Source: Pasteurella multocida (GTDB taxonomy: Bacteria > Pseudomonadota > Gammaproteobacteria > Enterobacterales > Pasteurellaceae). Taken from it: a stretch of 32,000 nt of DNA. Positions 28,599 through 32,000 of this stretch are shown in pieces. The notes under the pieces are model-generated. The model had not been told where the DNA came from, ran no database searches, and saw nothing but the letters and a program-made list of their open reading frames with translations. Both the position numbers and the translations under genes were made by a program. Location: NCBI RefSeq assembly GCF_900187275.1, contig NZ_LT906458.1, forward strand, positions 1,350,001-1,382,000. The letters are read 5' to 3'. The stretch's first letter is position 1. Every line of letters starts with the position of its first letter.

Positions 28599-30239
28599 TT
28601 ATTGATGAAGATAGACTGCTTGGTAAGGCATTAACGTAACTTGCCTATTTTCAATTCTATAGTCTCCATAATTATTCATCAAACATATGACTTCCTTATG
28701 ACACCACGCTGGAGGTAATTCAAATATCTGTTCTACTTCACTTAAATTAGCCAATACAAGCAATTTTTCATCTAAAGTCTGGCGTTGATAACACCACAAT
28801 AAGGGATGTTCAGGGGCTAAATCTTGATAATCACCCTCTGTTAAAATCGGCAATTTCTTACGTAATGCGATCAAATTTTTATAGGTATAAAACACTGAAT
28901 TTTTGTCAGCTAAGGCAGATTTTGCATTGATTTTTAAATAGTTTTTTGCCACATCAATCCAAGGCTCACCTGTTGTAAATCCAGCTTGTGCCGAGTCATC
29001 CCACTGCATTGGTGTTCGGCTATTATCACGAGACTTTTGTGCCAAAATTTGCATAATTAATGTTTCATCAATGCCTTTTTCCTGTAATTCTGCATAAGCA
29101 TTTAAACTTTCTACATCACGATATTGCTCAATAGTAGTGAAATTTGGATTTGTCATACCAAATTCTTCACCTTGGTAAATATAAGGCGTTCCTTGCAAGC
29201 CGTGTAATAACATAGCTAGCATTTTTGCTGACTCTTGATGCCATTGTTCTTCATTACCAAAGCGTGACACAATACGCGGTTGGTCATGATTACACCAGAA
29301 CAAGGCATTCCAAGCTTTGCCATACATACCTTGTTGCCAATAGTTAAAAATAGATTTCAATTGCACATAATCAGGTTGAGCATAAGTCCATTTTTCCCCA
29401 TTTGGATAATCGACTTTCAAATGATGAAAATTAAAAGTCATCGAGAGTTCTGTGCCTGCTAAATTGGCATATTTTTGACAGTTTTCTAAGGTCGTCGAAG
29501 ACATCTCTCCAACCGTCATTAAGCCATAAGGAGTGAGTGCACGTTGATTTAATAACTGTAAATATTGGTGAATTTTCGGTCCATCCGTATAAAAACGACG
29601 CCCATCCCCTTCGGGATCATCTTCAAATTGTTCAGGTTTTGAAATTAAATTCACCACATCTAAGCGCAAGCCATCAATACCTTTCTCTGCCCAAAACTTA
29701 CAAATGTCGAATAGTTCTTCTCGTAATTTTGAGTTCTCCCAATTTAAATCCGCCTGCTCGGGTGCAAATAAATGCAAATAATATTTTTGTGCTTTGTCAG
29801 ACCATTTCCATGCTGAACCGCCAAATTTTGACTTCCAATTGGTTAGGCTCTCACGCCAAATATAATAGTCGTGATATTCGCTATTTGGGTCCTCACCCTC
29901 AACAAACCATCGATGGAAAGTTGAGCTATGATTAAACACCATATCCATCACAATTTTGATGCCTCGTTGATGCGCTTGTGCAATTAACTGTTCAAAATCA
30001 GCCATACAGCCATAACTCGGATCTATATCACGATAATTAGCGATGTCATAACCATTATCAATTTGTGGCGAAACATACATCGGTGTAATCCAAAGCCCAT
30101 CAACACCCAATTCTTTTAAATAATCTAAACGCTTAATAATTCCCTGAATATCGCCAGTTCCACTTCCCGTTGTATCTTGGAAAGATTTTGGATAGATTTG
30201 GTAGATAACCCCATTTTGCCACCAATTTTTATTACTCAT
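28599..30239 (-). CDS. treC: Trehalose-6-phosphate hydrolase (GH13)
   Basis: 546 aa: WWQNGVIYQIYPKSFQDTTGSGTGDIQGI, MVFNHSSTFHRWF, GLRLDVVNLISKP, HNHDQPR-type (WCNHDQPRIVSRFG); close to treB. Confidence 0.93.
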   Translation of the reverse strand: MSNKNWWQNGVIYQIYPKSFQDTTGSGTGDIQGIIKRLDYLKELGVDGLWITPMYVSPQIDNGYDIANYRDIDPSYGCMADFEQLIAQAHQRGIKIVMDMVFNHSSTFHRWFVEGEDPNSEYHDYYIWRESLTNWKSKFGGSAWKWSDKAQKYYLHLFAPEQADLNWENSKLREELFDICKFWAEKGIDGLRLDVVNLISKPEQFEDDPEGDGRRFYTDGPKIHQYLQLLNQRALTPYGLMTVGEMSSTTLENCQKYANLAGTELSMTFNFHHLKVDYPNGEKWTYAQPDYVQLKSIFNYWQQGMYGKAWNALFWCNHDQPRIVSRFGNEEQWHQESAKMLAMLLHGLQGTPYIYQGEEFGMTNPNFTTIEQYRDVESLNAYAELQEKGIDETLIMQILAQKSRDNSRTPMQWDDSAQAGFTTGEPWIDVAKNYLKINAKSALADKNSVFYTYKNLIALRKKLPILTEGDYQDLAPEHPLLWCYQRQTLDEKLLVLANLSEVEQIFELPPAWCHKEVICLMNNYGDYRIENRQVTLMPYQAVYLHQ

Positions 30240-30271
30240 ATTGTTCCCTTACAAAAGTGTGTTGCTATCAA

Positions 30272-30628
30272 TTAACGAGTTAAATCAAAACTCCAGTCGA
30301 TTAAATGATAAAGTTGTTGTTGCGGAAAAGGACTATTAAGACGTAAGCTAAACCAATGTCTTTTATTCATATGATAGGCAGGAAAAATAGCCTCACTTTG
30401 GCGTAAACTATCAATGACAGCTGGCTCACATTTTAAATTAATAATATCGATTTGTTCTGTCTCTGCTAAACCTAAACTTATTGCTGGCACAGTTAAAATC
30501 AAAGCAAACCATTTATGGTTATGTGGATGTCGGAATACAGCATAACAAGGTTTATCTTGCCAAGGATAATCAGGACGAATAGCATATTTTCGTTCAATGT
30601 ATTTTAAAATAGCTTCGCGAGTTAACAT
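30272..30628 (-). CDS. MmcQ/YjbR-like small DNA-binding-fold protein
   Basis: 118 aa with YjbR-like pattern: RPDYPWQDKPCYAVFRHPHNHKWFALI...INLKCEPAVIDSLR...PAYHMNKRHWFSLRL. Confidence 0.8.
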   Translation of the reverse strand: MLTREAILKYIERKYAIRPDYPWQDKPCYAVFRHPHNHKWFALILTVPAISLGLAETEQIDIINLKCEPAVIDSLRQSEAIFPAYHMNKRHWFSLRLNSPFPQQQLYHLIDWSFDLTR

Positions 30629-30677
30629 CTATCCGTCCTTTTGCACTATTGTTTTATCCAAAACTCTGCTAAAACAA

Positions 30678-30686
30678 ACCGCACTT
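30678..30686 (-). repeat. Uptake signal sequence AAGTGCGGT between treB and the YjbR-like gene
   Basis: Exact 9-mer ACCGCACTT on +. Confidence 0.9.
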
Positions 30687-30727
30687 TCTCCCTTTCTGAA
30701 GGACAAAAGGGATGAAAAAAAGTTTGA

Positions 30728-32000
30728 CTAATTTAATGTACCTGCTTTTTCTTTACGTTTGTAAACAAGAGTAGTAAGAATGAATGGTACAACAATCGCT
30801 ATTGCCATAGCTAAAGCATAGACTGCCCAATATTGATGTTGAATAGATAAAATTCCAGGTAATCCACCCACACCAATACTGCTCGCTAATACACCAGCTA
30901 GACCACAAACTAAACCAGCAGTAGCTGAACCAATCATGGCACAAAGCATAGGAAAACGATATTTTAAGTTAACCCCATACATAGCAGGTTCTGTTACACC
31001 TAAATAAGCAGAGATTGCAGCTGGCACAGAGATTTCACGAGATTCTGCTGTTTTATTAACATAAATAATCGCTAATACGGCTGATGCTTGAGCAATGTTT
31101 GAAAGTGCAATTAAAGGCCATACTGGCGTACCGCCAATACTGCTAATCATTTGGAAGTCGATAGCTAGCGTTGTTTGATGTACACCTGTTACAACTAATG
31201 GGGCATATAAGAAACCAAATAATGCTGCGCCAATCGGAGCAAAATCACCTGTCATAGCGTGTTTTACAACAAAGGCAACACCATTACCAATTTCACGTCC
31301 AATTGGACCGATAATTGAATGTGCAAGGAAAACTGCTAATATAATAGACACTACTGACACAATCACTAAATTCAAATAATTTGGCACAATTTTAGTTAAA
31401 TACCGCTCGATAAATGACAATGCTAGCCCAGCCATAATTGCTGGAATCACTTGAGCTTGGTACCCCACTTTTTCAATTGCCATGAATCCAAAATCCCATG
31501 CTTCAGGCAGTTGTGATCCTAATGCATAAGAATTCATTAATTGTGGTGAAACTAATGTGACCCCTAACACAATGCCTAAGATAGGCGATGTTCCCATTTT
31601 ACGTGCGATAGACCAACAGATACCTACTGGTAAAAAGTGGAAAATCGCCTCACCGACCAGCCATAAGAAACTGTGCATACTTGCCCAGAATGAACTGATA
31701 TCAACTAGTGTTTTAGTGCCATCTTCAAACATTTTGATGTCACCAATCACATTACGGAAACCTAAAATCAAACCACCACTAATTAGTGCTGGTAGCAATG
31801 GAATAAAAATATCAGCTAAATGAGAAATACTGCGTTCATACCATTTTTGATTTTGGCGTGCCGCTGCTTTGATTTGTTCTTTATCCGCATTAGCTAAGCC
31901 TGTCTTTTCAAGTAAAACTTTGTAATAGTCACCAACTTCTTGACCAATTACCACTTGATATTGACCACCTGTTGCAAAACTGGCTTTTACCATTGGTAAG
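30728..32000 (-). CDS. treB: Trehalose-specific PTS enzyme IIBC, truncated by the window end
   Basis: ...LPMVKASFATGGQYQVVIGQEVGDYYKVLLEKTG (end of EIIB) followed by EIIC (ISHLADIFIPLLPALISGGLILGFRNVIGD, GVTEPAMYGVNLKYRFPM); the frame remains open past the track's apparent M at 31993. Confidence 0.93.
   Translation of the reverse strand, partial: LPMVKASFATGGQYQVVIGQEVGDYYKVLLEKTGLANADKEQIKAAARQNQKWYERSISHLADIFIPLLPALISGGLILGFRNVIGDIKMFEDGTKTLVDISSFWASMHSFLWLVGEAIFHFLPVGICWSIARKMGTSPILGIVLGVTLVSPQLMNSYALGSQLPEAWDFGFMAIEKVGYQAQVIPAIMAGLALSFIERYLTKIVPNYLNLVIVSVVSIILAVFLAHSIIGPIGREIGNGVAFVVKHAMTGDFAPIGAALFGFLYAPLVVTGVHQTTLAIDFQMISSIGGTPVWPLIALSNIAQASAVLAIIYVNKTAESREISVPAAISAYLGVTEPAMYGVNLKYRFPMLCAMIGSATAGLVCGLAGVLASSIGVGGLPGILSIQHQYWAVYALAMAIAIVVPFILTTLVYKRKEKAGTLN

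Noticed and set aside
31993-32000. Apparent treB start at 31993
   Set aside because: The Met is internal to the EIIB domain (LPMVKASF); the frame stays open to the window edge, so the gene is truncated rather than starting here.
1-32000. CRISPR arrays, transposons, prophage, restriction-modification, toxin-antitoxin, tRNA or rRNA genes
   Set aside because: Scanned by eye for regularly spaced repeats, transposase or integrase ORFs and tRNA-like cloverleaf/CCA ends; none found. A tool-based check (tRNAscan-SE, minced, ISfinder) would be needed to exclude them completely.

Overview
This is a gene-dense window of Pasteurellaceae-type chromosome. The Haemophilus/Pasteurella uptake signal AAGTGCGGT occurs at least 11 times, and the proteins look closest to Pasteurella/Haemophilus (inference; no database search was run). 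On the minus strand from the left: the N-terminal part of a catalase, a YhiN-like flavoprotein, and a complete formate-dependent nitrite reductase cluster nrfABCDE-(dsbE/ccmG-like)-nrfF-nrfG. Next come a lipoprotein resembling Haemophilus surface adhesin protein E, then plus-strand purMN (with a PurR-type operator), upp, uraA and hda. After these are two small secreted/lipoprotein unknowns, a VOC/glyoxalase-like protein, and a complete cytochrome c maturation operon ccmABCDEFGHI. The right part holds a KefB/C-type antiporter, an FMN-reductase/pirin pair, and treC, a YjbR-like ORF and a truncated treB. I found no CRISPR array, transposase, prophage, toxin-antitoxin or defence system, and nothing that clearly qualifies as a new biological system. 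The most notable items are two paralogous CcmF/G/H/I haem-lyase modules 11 kb apart, a Fur-like palindrome upstream of nrfA, a relatively GC-rich and possibly structured element in the long intergenic region upstream of catalase, poly-G/C tracts (one of G8 inside the yhiN-like gene), and the protein E-like lipoprotein.
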